From Octopus sinensis (taxonomy: Eukaryota), in the NCBI RefSeq assembly GCF_006345805.1, contig NC_042998.1:20460001-20524000 (forward strand): a DNA stretch of 64,000 bases, written 5' to 3'. Under the pieces are notes generated by a model. It was not told the DNA's origin, did not search any database, and saw only the letters and a list, made by a program, of their open reading frames with translations. Shown in pieces: positions 9,828 through 22,220 of the stretch. How positions within the stretch are numbered: the first letter of the stretch is position 1; every line of letters starts with the position of its first letter. Position numbers and translations under genes: made by a program.

Positions 9828-12800
9828 TCATAGGATCATGCTCAAGGTGGCTTCGTCATTCATACGTGTCATTCTTGCTACATTCACCCATCTTTTTTTA
9901 AAACATTCGCTAGACAAAACTTGCCTCTCTACTCTCACTTTCCTTTTCAAGTGGTACTTGAAGAAGTTGATGAGAGATTGACCAGAGAGGAAAGTGTTTG
10001 TCTCCAATCCTTTCAGACGCGTCCACCAGATACATTCTTTCGCCATAGCCACAAGGATGATGAAAATAGCTCTTCCTTCCCGTTTGAAGGAGGGAGGCGT
10101 GACAATATTAACGATAGACTCGGCTGATAAACCGACTCGTCCCACACGTGACAGCAGTTGCTCGACACAAGCCCACAGGTCGGAAATTGTTGGACACTGC
10201 ACGAGTGCGTGCAGAACGGTTTCGTCGCTCTGACCGCATCTCGGGCAGGTCGGCCCCGTGTTTCTCGAGCCGTGTCTGTAGAGCTTATCCCGAACGGGTA
10301 GCGCTTCTCGGTAGCACTACCAGGCCAGGGATCTCTGGAAGTTGTCCATGGGCCCTGGCCCGAAAGTCGTCCTGAACAGGCGGGTCAGGTACTCCTCGTC
10401 GACGTCCAGGTTCGACCCGAGCTCGTCGTCGTACGTCCCCTCCACTAAACCCCTATAGAATGCTTTGGTTGTGTTGAAGTCACTCAAGGTCGACCCAGGA
10501 CGGCAGAGTTGCTTGAGAGCAACGCGACACTCGCGGTGCCATTCGCCCTTCTTCGGCCTCTTTTTGATCCACGACTGCAGTTCGGTCATGGAGACGAGCT
10601 GCGGGAAAGCGTGCCTCACAAACGGCGACCACACCTGTTCACCGTCGTCTACATAGAGCCAGAGATGTCGCAGTCTCAGCGCGTGTCTGCGCATCATCAA
10701 CCACGGCATGCCCAGCCCTCCTTTTAACGGGTGTTGACAGCAAATGGATCGCCTGACCATCGGGACGCATCCTTTCCACAAGAAGCGAAAGAGAATGCGT
10801 TGTAGTTTGATGATGGTAGGGTCGGGACAAGGTACGACGGTCAGGCGGTAGTAGATGACGGACGCGATGTACGTGTTCGCCACCTCCGCCCGACCTTTTA
10901 GGGACAGTTTTCTCTCGGCCCATTGCCGGGCGAGAGTGACCACCCTACTCGTTATCTCGTTCCAGTTCTTCTCCACTTGGAGGTCCGGACCAAACCAGAC
11001 CCCGAGCAACTCAACCGGGCCGTCGGTCCAGCGTCCCACGACGGAGGCGCTGGTGGACGGCATGGGCTTGCTTCTCCAGGTGCCGAGTCGCAAGCCCACT
11101 GACTTTTCCCGGTTGATTTTTGCTCCTGTCACCGCTTCGTAGTTTTTCAGTGTCTCGCCGACCTGCTCGATGTGCTCGTGGCTAGACACTATGACGGTGA
11201 CGTCGTCCGCGTATGCAGACACGCTCGTCCCGCATCCCAGTTCTCGCGGGATGCCTCTCAAGGTTGCCAGCTTCCGCAATAATGGCTCGAGAGTCAATAC
11301 GTATAGAAGCGACGAGAGGGGGCATCCCTGACGGACCGAACGTGCGATGTCGAAGGGTCTCGATAGATGTCCATTCACGCGAATTACCGAACGGATGCCT
11401 CTGTACAAAGCGGCTATCCAGCCGCGGAAGACGGGACCGAAGCCAGCCGCTCCGAGGACCGCCTCCAAGTATCGATGGTCCACCCTATCGAAAGCTTTCG
11501 ATTGATCCAAATTGATCAGCGCCCCACCCATGCCAGGTTCGTTAACTACCCTGTCTATGATGTAGCGCATCAGGTGGAGGTTGTCATGGATGGTCCGGCC
11601 TGGCACGGCGCATGTTTTGCGCCCTGTCGACCAGTTTCTCGATGACAAGCGCCAACCTCTTGGCTAGCACCTTGGCCAAAATTTTCAAGTCTGCATTAAG
11701 CAGAGTGATGGGCCTAAAGTTATCTATTACATTTCCCTTGTTTAGATCTTTCTTCAGCAGTGTTACGGCTCCTCGGCTCACAAAACCAGGAATGCTCCCG
11801 TTTTGCTGCCAGTTGCAGTACACCGCCGCCAAGAGATCTCCAAACAAGTCTGGCATACAATTGTAAAGCTCGTAGGGTAGACCATCCAAACCCGGCGATT
11901 TGTCCCCCGAGCATTCTGCCATCGCTTCCTGCACTTCCGCCGCCGTGATGGCACCTTCGCAGCACCCTGCCTTTCTTGTCGAGAGTCGTGGTAGGCTATG
12001 TAGGTAGGCACTGAAGTCCACCCTACGTTCTTGCCCTCCACTCGTTCCGAACAGTCGGGCAAAATGCTGCTGAAAGGCCTCACACATTTTACTTGGCTCG
12101 AGCAATTCGCGCCCCTGTTCATCTACCAGGACCGAATGGTGGCTTTGTTGCCCTGTTGCGCCTCTGCCACCCGGGCCTCTCTCGCGGCTCCAACACCTTC
12201 GTTCCTTAGAGCACGCATCCTAGCTCTGACAGCACATCCTTCGTGTTTGGCGTTGAAGTGTTGGTCGAGGGCCAACCTCGCCGCCAAAACGTCGGATGCG
12301 ATGCCGCTTCTAATTGCCTCTTCTAGCTTCTTAACTAGCTCACCCTCTACTCTATTTCTATCTATGGCTAGTGCTTTGCTGTACCTAATCGCTTCTGCTT
12401 TTACTGCTCTCTTGAGGGCAAACCACCATTTGTTGTTGATGATGGCTCCCGTCAAAGCCCTCTTTACTAGTGTGCTAATCCGGTCTCTGAAAACTTGTCT
12501 CGATGGGAAAGACGCGTTTAGTTTCCAGTATCTGGGACCCTGCCTAAGTGTCTTACCTAAATCTAGCGTACATGTCACAAGTTTGTGATCCGTGTAGCTG
12601 ACTATGTGGAATTGTGGACATCCTATGCTATCTCTGTCTACTGTCCTACACAGTATCCTATCTAGATACGATCTCGACGACCCGATGCGGTTGCTCCATG
12701 TCCACGTTGGCGCATTCGGGTGGTCTAGTCGGAACCTGTCAGACAGTTGAAAGCGTCTGAGCAGGTCTCTGAGGCATTTGCATCCCCGTCTATTCCTATC

Positions 12801-13265
12801 TCTACCCACGTAGTCTACATGCGTGTCCAAGGTAGCATTCCAATCCCCCACTAAGAGTAAAGGACGAGACGTTCCCAAGAATACTTCTAGACGTTGAAAG
12901 AAATCCGCCCGACCTGTTAAGGGCGGTGCGTAGACTGATACGAGTCGAAAAGCGCACCCATTGCTGCCGTCGACATCCAGGACGACCAGTCTACCCTCCG
13001 GGTCTACGAATATTGTCCTTACTTTGAGATCCAGACTCTTGTGAAAAAGTACCGCGGTGCCACTACCGCCCATTCTCGGCAGACAGGGGGGAAAATAAAT
13101 GTTGAACTGTCCGCCAAACATGGTCTTTAGGGCCCGCGGATTGTGGAGTCTGGTCTCACTTATGGCTATGATTTCTAACTTATGTGACTTTATGTCATTT
13201 AAGAGGTACCCTTGTTTCCAAGGGGACCCCAAGCCACGCGTATTTACACAACCAATCTTGATCAT
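9828..13265 (-). pseudogene. ORF2: apurinic-type endonuclease + reverse transcriptase + C-terminal zinc finger (2 frameshifts, 1 stop)
   Basis: APE motifs CVNTRGL, ISETRL, VGDWNA, SYLDRI and SYTDHK. RT motifs KSPGLDG, FRPITLLN, DQSKAFDRVDH, VRQGCPLS and YADDV. CPRC..ETVLHALVQC follows a TAG at 10317-10319. One-base lesions lie near 12127 and 11615. Confidence 0.92.
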
Positions 13266-13319
13266 AGTCCTAATGAATTAGAATACAAGTGAAAGGAACA
13301 GAGGGTTACTTACTGCTCG

Positions 13320-15303
13320 TAAGTTTTTGCTTTCTCCTCCTTTGGTTTGTCCTCGAGGAGATCCCAGTACAGTTTCTTTGTGAGATATTTTTGGCATTTA
13401 CCAACCGCGCCGGGGAAAATGCCTTTGAGTGTGTGGTGCAGACTTTTGGAGATGTGTAATATTTTGATGTGGTCTGGTGGTGTTGTGTATGGGTGATTGT
13501 TTGTTTTTATGTCATCTTCTGTTATGTTTGTTTTTTATTGGATGTATTCCATCAAATTTGTGTTTTTGGTGTCTATAGCTGTGAGCATGTTTGCTGTATA
13601 TATTTTTGTGGTGTTGGTGTGGCTGTTGTTTGCGTTGGGTTTTGAAATGTCTTCGTGAGATGTATTTCCCCCTGCTTTGTTCGTGTTTGCATTTGGTTTG
13701 GTTGTGTTTCTGCTCTTTATTTTCCTTCTTTTTGTAGCTATTTGCCATTCCTCACTGGTTTCGTCTTCCGACGAAATTTCTGAAGAATCAGTAGGGGGTA
13801 GGGGTATGTTGTGGGCTTCTATGTATGTCTGAGTAAGTGGTTGTGTTGTTGTTTTCGTTGTTGTTGGTTGTTGAGTGTTTGTGTGTGTTGAGTGCGGTAT
13901 AAGGGATGGGGGATCAGTTTGTGTGTGTTTTCTTTGTTTTTCTGTTCCTTTGGGTTTTTCTGTTGTTGGTGGTGTTGGTATTTTTTCAGGTGTTGAGTGG
14001 TTTTTGGTTGATGACGGATTAGCTTGGTGTGCTTCTCTTGTCGTCTTCTGTGTTGATGGTGGTGTGGGTAGTAGAGCTTTTTTTCCGGAGTGCTTTGGTT
14101 GTTGTTGTTGCTCTTGGTGTGCAGTGGTTGGGCACGTCTTTTTCAAGTGTGTTTCGCTTCCACACAAATAGCAGCGTGGTCGCCTGCCCTCTACCACTAT
14201 ATAGAGTTTGTAGCCTCCTGGCAGTTCTATAGCGGTGGGTATCTTCTCTCTTGCTGCTTCATCCAATTGAAGCAGGAATTCGATTGATTTGCCCGCATAG
14301 TCTTTCTCTCCTAGAACCGCGATTTCCAGGATGTTTGTCTCTGACATTGTCTCTGTCATTTCAAAGCAGATGGCAGAGACCAACCATTGTGTTTCGACTT
14401 CAAATGGTATGTTTTTTATTTGGACTTTCGTGACCCTTTTGTTTAAATAGACTGGTATCATTACCAAGTCGTCCGAATGCAGCTCCAATGTGGAAAAACG
14501 TTTTGCTAAACTTTCGTTGAGGAAACGTACTTGGACTGTACCAAATTTGTTTCCCCAACTGATATATTCCTTGGAGTCCCATGCAGGACGAAGGCATTTT
14601 TCGATTTTTTCCTGCGGTGCATTTTCTGTTCTTCTTGTTTTCTTCTTTATTACTTTATAAATTATTGTTTTTTTTTTTGTGTGTTTTCCACGATGTGTTG
14701 TGGAATGTGAAGGTGAAATTTGTCTCCTTCTTTGGAGAAGAGTGCCTTTGTGCGGTTTATCTCTTGTGTGGTGAATGTTACAATTGTTCTTTTTTGTTTT
14801 GTTACGTCCGCAAAATTCGTTTTGAATTGGCAGTAGAAGTGTTAATTGTGGCAGTGTTAATTGAAGTCATGGTAGTGGTGTTGGTGTTGGCGGTATTAGC
14901 AGCAGAAGGCTTGGATGTAGCATTTGACGTCGTAGTAGTGGTGTTGGTGTTGGCGGTGTTATCTTTGGTAGGCGGCTTTGTGCCAATTTCGTTGTTGTTG
15001 TTGTTGGTGGTGGTGGTGGTGCTGGCATTCATGTTTTCGTTTGTATTCATTTTTGAAATCCCTTTCTCTGTCCCTTTATCATCAACAAGTGGTGTGGGGA
15101 GTGAGGGGAAATCTGAGTTAATGTCTTTGGTCGCGGCGATGGTGAATGCGACGTTAGATTTGTTGTTGTTGTTGTTGGTGGTGGTGGTGATGGTGGTGAC
15201 AGCGGTGTTCACGCTGCGATGTTTAGCAGCTAGTGGTAGCAATAGTGTTTTGCTACCGTTCTGCATGGACTGGCGGGCTAGCCACGTGGTTTCTAGTTGC
15301 CAT
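13320..15303 (-). pseudogene. ORF1 (gag-like nucleic-acid-binding protein), interrupted
   Basis: Track ORFs 14802-15266 and 13535-14488 are pieces of it. It has the CX2CX4HX4C knuckle CYLCGSETHLKKTC and T/N-rich low-complexity stretches. The frame continues upstream of 14488 and, after a shift, down to ~13320. Confidence 0.8.
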
Positions 15304-15522
15304 TTTCAAAATGAAAAATGGCTAAAAAACCCACGAAAGTTTTGAAAGTTTTTTTGTAATTTCGCCCATACAGGGGCGGAATTCTACGTGAATAATTCTC
15401 AGGTTTTTTAGTGAATGAACTTGCACAACGATTAAAACAAAATATTTGACAACAAGGAGTTTTAAACATGTAAAAGTGGCCAACTTACGTGGAGCCGATA
15501 TGACTAGCGTCCGTCCATTGTG

Positions 15523-15523
<1 letters not shown>

Positions 15524-15600
<77 letters not shown>

Positions 15601-15614
15601 GCAGGCAGGCAGAC
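15524..15614. repeat. (GATA)n array grading into GGCA/GACA at the 5' junction of the LINE
   Basis: About 19 GATA units in the same orientation as 9411-9446. Confidence 0.95.
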
Positions 15615-16171
15615 GACCTCGGTAATTATTTTTCTAAGCCAAGTAACTATTCTATCCGTGACTTTTGCCGAACCGCTAAGTTACGGAGAAGCAAACAAAC
15701 TATGGGAGCGTGTTTATAAGATATTTAGTTACTCCATCTTATGTGCGTTTCATTAACATCAGATTATTAGTAGATATTGTTTTATTTCGGGTGGGTCATT
15801 TTTAAAAATTTGTTTACCAAATAAACACACGCACTATATATTCGTTCTTCACTCGTTTATTACTGTTCTTATTTTACGTTATGTCCAGAACTATATTACT
15901 AGATACATAATGTAAAATTAAATATGATATTGTCAAATTTTCAGAGACGTAACTTTAACATTATTGAATTGAAAAGATGTTGACAGAATTCACTATATTG
16001 GATACGTAGGTTACATATTTTAAAAATTTTCATCGCAACTGTATGACTCCCACTTCGATCCTACTGTGGAGTTCCACGAGCATGCACTTGTCTTTCGCCA
16101 AAAGTTCCCTTGGACTTTTGACTCCTTGTGAATTCGTAAAGGCACTTGCGTGACATACAGTGTGCGTTCGG

Positions 16172-16406
16172 TAAGGTGGCAAGTTGGCAGAAACGTTAGC
16201 ACGCCGGGCGAAATGCGTAGCCGTATTTCGTCTGCCGTTACGTTCTGAGTTCAAATTCCGCTGAGGTCGACTTTGCCTTTCATCCTTTCGGGGTCGATAA
16301 ATTAAGTACCAGTTATGCACTGGGGTCGATATACTCGACTTAATCCGTTTGTCTGCCCTTGTTTGTACCCTCTGTGTTTCGCCCCTTGTGGGTAGTAAGA
16401 GAAATA
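16172..16406 (+). mobile_element. SINE family A
   Basis: Full copy with a ~16-bp TSD tac(a/g)gtgtgcgttcgg. Confidence 0.85.
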
Positions 16407-17597
16407 TACGGTGTGCGTTCGGCACTTAAGACCTGGTAGAGTCCATTTTTCTCTTGGTCTGATCACAGTCGATTTTTTGTTTTCTAGAGAGCGAGCGGAA
16501 GGAATAGGAAATGAAGAGAAAGGGAATAACTGATCATAGTTCAAGTAGGTCTTGTATCATAGTTCAGGCTTTGAAGGGATAAAAAGTAAAGCTGACTTCG
16601 ACCGTATTTGAACTCAGAGAGAGTAGAGAATCGGAAGATATATCCCACCAAGCATTTTATATGACTTTCTCACGACTCAGCTAAATCGACGCCTTGACTT
16701 CCTCTCTAGCTTCGGGTTAATCAATACATTGTGAGTGGAATACAGTAATCGGAAACTGTTTAGAAAGTGTCTGTTGCTTATATATAAGTATGTGTATGGG
16801 GTTTTATGTTTAATGTTTAAAAACTGGTGTAGTTTATGTTAGTATCCTTTTATGTTCTATAATTTTCTTTCATTTATATTTTTACTTTTACTTTATTTTG
16901 AACATCTGTTTTTCGCAGCGCCGAAAAGAAATTTTTTTTTTAACAAGCTTATAAACTTTACAACAAAACATGCCAACGGCAAATATTTCAACGGGAGTAC
17001 TTACGACAGAACAGCATTTAACAGCATTATATTGCCTTGCTTATGAGACACCTGACAGAGAAATATAAGGGAGGGGAGAGGCTAAAGAGGAAAGAAACGA
17101 ACGAAGATAGACAGAAGAAAAGAATGAAAAAAAGAAGAGAGTGAAACAAATAAGAGAGAAACAAGATAAAAAGAAGAAAGAAAGGAGAGAAAAGAAAGAA
17201 GAGGAAAGAAAAAATGGCTCTAAAATTCTAAGAGAAGTCTGAAAAAATCCAAATCCCACCCCGCGTTCCTCGTTGTGAAAACAGTTAGAAGCTGATAAAC
17301 ACCCAACGTTAAACGTCAAAGTGACTCACGCCTGTCATGAAGATGTAACTTAACACGATCACCTCTTGTTTCCATGTGATTCGGTGTTCTTAAGAGTTTC
17401 GCTTCTTGTATAGGATGAAACAAAAACAAATGGCTTCCTTTAAAGCACGGCTGGTTGGTTGACTGGCTGGCTGGTTGGTTATCGTCTTCAATCGTTAGGC
17501 TGCGGCTATACTGGGGCAGTGTCTTGAAGAGATTTTAGTCGAACGAATTGACCCCAATCCATATTTTTTAGGCCTGCTCTTATTCTGTATAAACTCT

Positions 17598-17985
17598 TGG
17601 AGACGTAATGGCCCAGTGTTTAGGGCAGCGGACTCGCGATCATAGGATCGCGGTTTCGATTCCCAGACCGGGCGTTGTGAGTGTTTATTGAGCGAAAACA
17701 CCTAAATCTCCACGAGGCTCCGGCAGGGGATGGTGGTAATCCCTGCTGTACTCTTTCACCACAACTTTCTCTCACTCTTACTTCCTGTTTCTGTTGTACC
17801 TGTATTTCAAAGGGCCGGCCTTGTCACTCTCTGTGTCACGCTGAATATCCCCGAGAACTACGTTAAGGGTACACGTGTCGGTGGAGTGCTCACCACTTGC
17901 ACGTTAATTTCACGAGCAGGCTGTTCCGTTGATTCGGATCAACCGGAACCTTCATCGTCGTAAACGACGGAGTGCTTCCCCGATA
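17598..17985 (+). mobile_element. SINE family B (tail type 1)
   Basis: 14-bp TSD tctgtataaactct (17584-17597 / 17986-17999). Confidence 0.9.
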
Positions 17986-17999
17986 TCTGTATAAACTCT

Positions 18000-18330
18000 A
18001 TATCTGGAAGGCCCCATTTTAAACTCTGTTGGACTTTTGGACTTTACTCATAGGATATTGGAATATTGCATATATACCATTATGCCTATAAAATGGATTT
18101 ACAACTTCAATACCCATACATATCTTGCAATCTATTTTCTTTCCTCCACCTCACTCTCTATTTTGTATTACATCTAAACTAACTATGACTTAACTATCCT
18201 CTCACACCGTCTCCGATGAAGGGATATTATTAATAAATATCCTCGAAACAGCTGTAAGACCTATCTATAAATGTTCTAATATCTACACAGCTTTGGGTTT
18301 TTTATCACATTACGCAAAAAATTCTTATAT
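18000..18330 (+). mobile_element. pLTR-like element carrying a hammerhead-like motif (18209-18260, CCGAUGA core)
   Basis: GTCT CCGATGA A G-GGATATT..AATATCC-TC GAA ACAGCTGT A AGAC. It ends in gcaaaaaattct plus TA repeat. A second copy lies at 32430-32590 on the minus strand. Confidence 0.65.
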
Positions 18331-18339
18331 ATGTATATA

Positions 18340-18492
18340 CGTCTGGCTTCCTTCATTTTCCGTCTACCAAATCCGCTCACAAGGCTTTGGCCAGCCCAAG
18401 GCTATAGCAGAAAACATTTGCCCAAGGTGCTACACAATGGGACTGAACCTGGAACCATATGGTTGGGAAGCAAACATCTAACCACACTGCCT
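18340..18492 (-). mobile_element. SINE family C head
   Basis: Diverged match to gtggctgtgtggtaag...ggttccgggttcagtccc...ggtagacggaaactgaaagaagc. Confidence 0.7.
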
Positions 18493-18859
18493 CACATTTA
18501 TTTTTTTAATTTTTTGCTTAGTCAAAAGGATGATTATTACCCATGATATCTCCAGTGCCACTTCGAAACAGAACATGGGGAAGGGAAGGAGAGAGAGCTA
18601 GCCCCAGGTCATTTACGTGGTTCTTAACCCCTACAGGAGAACGAACTTCTCTAAAGGTGATCCAGGAGGGGAAATGTTTTAAAACTGACGACAGATTAAG
18701 CATAAGCCTATCTACTAAGAAAAATCTGAACTTACAGCCCGAACAGCCGTAACAAATACCACAAGGCACCCGTCCAATATTTTAACGATTCAGCCAAGTT
18801 CACAACACAAAAACTGATACTTTATTTTGTGATTGTAAATCATCGCCAGTGATGTTATC

Positions 18860-20745
18860 TGGAGTCATTTTGGTGTTTCGAGTCTTTCAACAATCACAGA
18901 AATCTCATCCAGGCAACTAACCAGTGTTGGTCAGGCCCAAAGCTGTGTCCGGTTAATAGTACTGCATGGAGCATAACCCCTATTGCCTCTCGGTCTCATA
19001 ACTCATAAAAAATAATTTCTACGATTTTGCAGCCAGTTAGGTTACTTTCCGCCAACTTGCTCCTGTGATGCCTAACATGTTGTAGGCTCTGTAGGGGGAC
19101 TAGCATAGTAAATCCTCTGTACCGTACCTTAATAGAATCACAGTTGCTAGCTTGCTACAAGTTGTTTTGACATAACTCTGCGAGCTCAATATATTTCGTT
19201 CTCCTAACACAGCGAGCTGGCAAAAACATTAGCACGCCGGGCGAAATGCTTAGCGGTATTTCGTCTGCCGTTACATTCTGATTTCAAATTCCGCCGAGGT
19301 CAACTTTGCCTTTCATCCTTTCGGGATCGATTAAATAAGTACCAGTTACGCACTGGGGTCGATATAATCGACTTAATCCGTTTGTCTGTCCTTGTTTGTC
19401 TCTCTGTGTTTAGAGCCCCTTGTGGGTAGTAATAAATAGGTATTTCGTCTGTCGCTACGTTCTGATTCAAATTCCGCCGAGGCCGACTTTGCCTTTCATC
19501 CTTTCGGGGTCGATGAAATAATACCAGTTCGCACTGGGGTCGATATAATCGACTTAAACCGTTTGTCTGTCCTTGTTTGTCCTCTCTGTGTTTAGCCCCT
19601 TGTGGGTAGTAAAGAAATAGGTATTTCGTCTGTCGCTACGTTCTGAGTTCAAATTCCGCCGAGGCCGACTTTGCCTTTCATCCTTTCGGGGTCGATGAAA
19701 TAACTACCAGTTACGCACTGGGGTCGATATAATCGACTTAATCCGTTTGTCTGTCCTTGTTTGTCCTCTCTGTGTTTAGCCCCTTGTGGGTAGTAAAGAA
19801 ATAGGTATTTCGTCTGTCGCTACGTTCTGAGTTCAAATTCCGCCGAGGCCGACTTTGCCTTTCATCCTTTTGGGATCGATTAAATAAGTACCAGTTACGC
19901 ACTGGTGTCGATATAATCGACTTAATCCGTTTGTCTGTCCTTGTTTGTCCTCTCTGGTGTTTAGCCCCTTGTGGTATAAGAAATAGGTATTTCGTCTGTC
20001 GCTACGTTCTGAGTTCAATTCCGCCGAGGTCGACTTTGCCTTTCATCCTTTTGGGATCGATTAATAAGTACCATTTTGTGCGATATAATCGACTTAATCC
20101 GTTTGTCTGTCCTTGTTTGTCCTCTCTGTGTTTAGCCCCTTGTGGATAATAAAGAAATAGGTATTTCGTCTGCCGCTACGTTCAGAGTTCAAATTCCGCC
20201 GAGGTCGACTTTGCCTTTCATCCTTTCGAGGTCGATAAATTAAGTACCAGTTGTGTACTGGTGTCGATCTAATCGACTGGCCCTCCGCCCCCAAAATTTC
20301 GGGCCTTGTGCCTAGAGTAGAAAACAATATATTTCATTCCTCTCGATTGCTTCTTTATTACAGTCCTCCCAGAGTATGATGAGTTCGAACAGAACCACCT
20401 ACATGGGTGTTTGTGTACTATAGTTGGCTTTAGTGATGTTGAAACAACAGTTTCTGGGAATTTCAACTATTTTGTCAGACAACTTTTAGCTCCAATTTTG
20501 TGTTGTTGCTAGTAGACATGGAAGGTGGATCTAGCAGCGAGCATCATCTTCACACCAGCCTTGACTAAAGCTATTAGTCTTCTTCGTTGAGCAGAGGCAC
20601 CTGCAAATGGTATCCGCTGTGACCTTCAAGAAAGGGCCATGATATAAATGATAGTGCCCATCACCCGGGGCTTTTGATCGACTTCTGAAGCAACTAGATC
20701 TTCAAGAGCCGGAACCTATATCACAGGTATCTCGCGCAGCACTGT
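18860..20745 (-). pseudogene. Highly degraded CR1/L2-like RT, split by the SINE array
   Basis: Weak by-eye motifs in colinear order: KSPG.DG..FLKVTADTI at ~20700-20600, then LGITG..WL.NR..G..QG..LGP-like text at ~19100-18900. Many stops. Confidence 0.4.
19209..20328 (+). repeat. Tandem array of six SINE family A body units
   Basis: gtatttcgtctg recurs at 19256, 19440, 19621, 19805, 19987 and 20161 (period 174-184 bp). Only the first unit has the head, and the last ends in a different tail. Confidence 0.9.
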
Positions 20746-20987
20746 CACAATTCTACTAATCCTGACATTTTATTTTAGCCTCAAAGGACGATAGATAAGT
20801 AAAGGGATTTGAAGTCAGAGCGGCGATGCAAGCACCACAAGGCATTTTATCCGATGGTTTTATAGCACTGTCAATTCGCTGCCTTAAGGGTATGAAAACA
20901 ATCTATTAATGCGATTTGATATTTTTGGATTATTAACTTCAACTTTAATAATGCTAATGCTTTATTATGTACGTTTTGCACACTCTT

Positions 20988-21155
20988 CAAGTGGCTGTGT
21001 GGTAAGAAGATTGATTCTAAAACACATGGTTCCGGGTTCAGTCCCACTGCGTGACACCTTGGGCAAGTGTCTTTTACTACAGCCTAGAGTCAACGAAAGT
21101 CTTGTGAAAGAATTCGGTAGATGGAAGGACGGAAACTGAAATAAGCCCGTCGTGT
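20988..21155 (+). mobile_element. SINE family C 5' half
   Basis: gtggctgtgtggtaag...ggttccgggttcagtcccactgcg, ending in a (GA)n tract. Confidence 0.8.
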
Positions 21156-21789
21156 GTGAGAGAGAGAGAGTGAGAGAGAGAGAGAGAAAGAGAGAGGGGG
21201 AGGGAGAGAGAGTACTTAGCTGAGAACCCGTCATTGAGTAAATATTACATCAGAACTACCTAGGAAACGTATTTAGACTAGTTTTTACTTGCTCCACTCC
21301 CTTAATTTGGATTTTTATTCGTATTCAGAGCAACGCACGTTGCAAACCGTGAGCTATAAAAAATGCTTTCAGCTTATCGAATTTTCTATATGGGAAAAGC
21401 CTACAACATTTATCGCCAATGAATTATTGCCCTTCAACGTTGTTTTTATACCTAACACGGATTGTTTCTAGGGTTAAACGGAAAGCCTACTATTATAACT
21501 GTAATATATCTAATTTTAACGATATTATGAATACAAATGATTTTAATTCTAAATTTAAAATCTAAAAACGAAACCCCATTTAATAGAAATTATTTCAATT
21601 GAATTTAAACTTAATTCTAATTCGAATTTAATTGTGGCTATGAAACGTACGTAGTTTTTTTTACATATTATATATTGATCATTCATTTTTATACTTTTTG
21701 AGATCTAGTTATATGTTTTATAAAAATATATATTATTTGTTTTGGTTTATGTCTATCACTGTTTGAGTTGCATAATAGTGGTTCTATCT

Positions 21790-21898
21790 CAAATTTATAT
21801 ATAATATATATATACATATATATATATGATATATATATATGTATATATACATGTATGTATATATGTATATATATATACATATAATATACATATATATG

Positions 21899-21930
<32 letters not shown>

Positions 21931-22220
21931 CATATATATACATATATATATATACATATATATACATATATATATATATATACATATATATACATATATA
22001 TATATATATACATATATTATATATATACATGCATACATATTATACATTATATATGATATATATATGTATATATATATACATGCATACATATATATACATA
22101 TATATACATATATACATATACATATATAAATACATATATACACACATATATATACATATAAATATACATACACACACACATATATACACACACAAACTCA
22201 CACATACACACACATCGTAT
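21790..22220. repeat. Compound (TA)/(TACA)/(CA) microsatellite
   Basis: Direct inspection. This is the source of the YI-rich ORFs. Confidence 0.95.

Larger units (their letters stand above)
9447..15523 (-). mobile_element. Near full-length Tx1/L1-clade non-LTR retrotransposon (~6.1 kb)
   Basis: Short 5'UTR, ORF1 with CCHC knuckle, ORF2 APE-RT-CCHC, and a pyrimidine-rich 3'UTR ending AATAAAGAAACA. Both ends join (GATA)n. Confidence 0.92.

Noticed and set aside
14581-15345. 254-aa hydrophobic plus-strand ORF
   Set aside because: It is the antisense shadow of the T/N-rich low-complexity part of LINE ORF1, with no recognisable domain.
15300-15523. Possible HDV-like ribozyme in the LINE 5'UTR
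   Set aside because: I could find only a simple cgccc/gggcg hairpin and no nested double pseudoknot by eye. A descriptor search would be needed.
19209-20328. Regularly spaced repeats that could suggest a CRISPR array
   Set aside because: The units are ~180-bp whole SINE bodies with no unique spacers and no cas genes, in a eukaryotic context.
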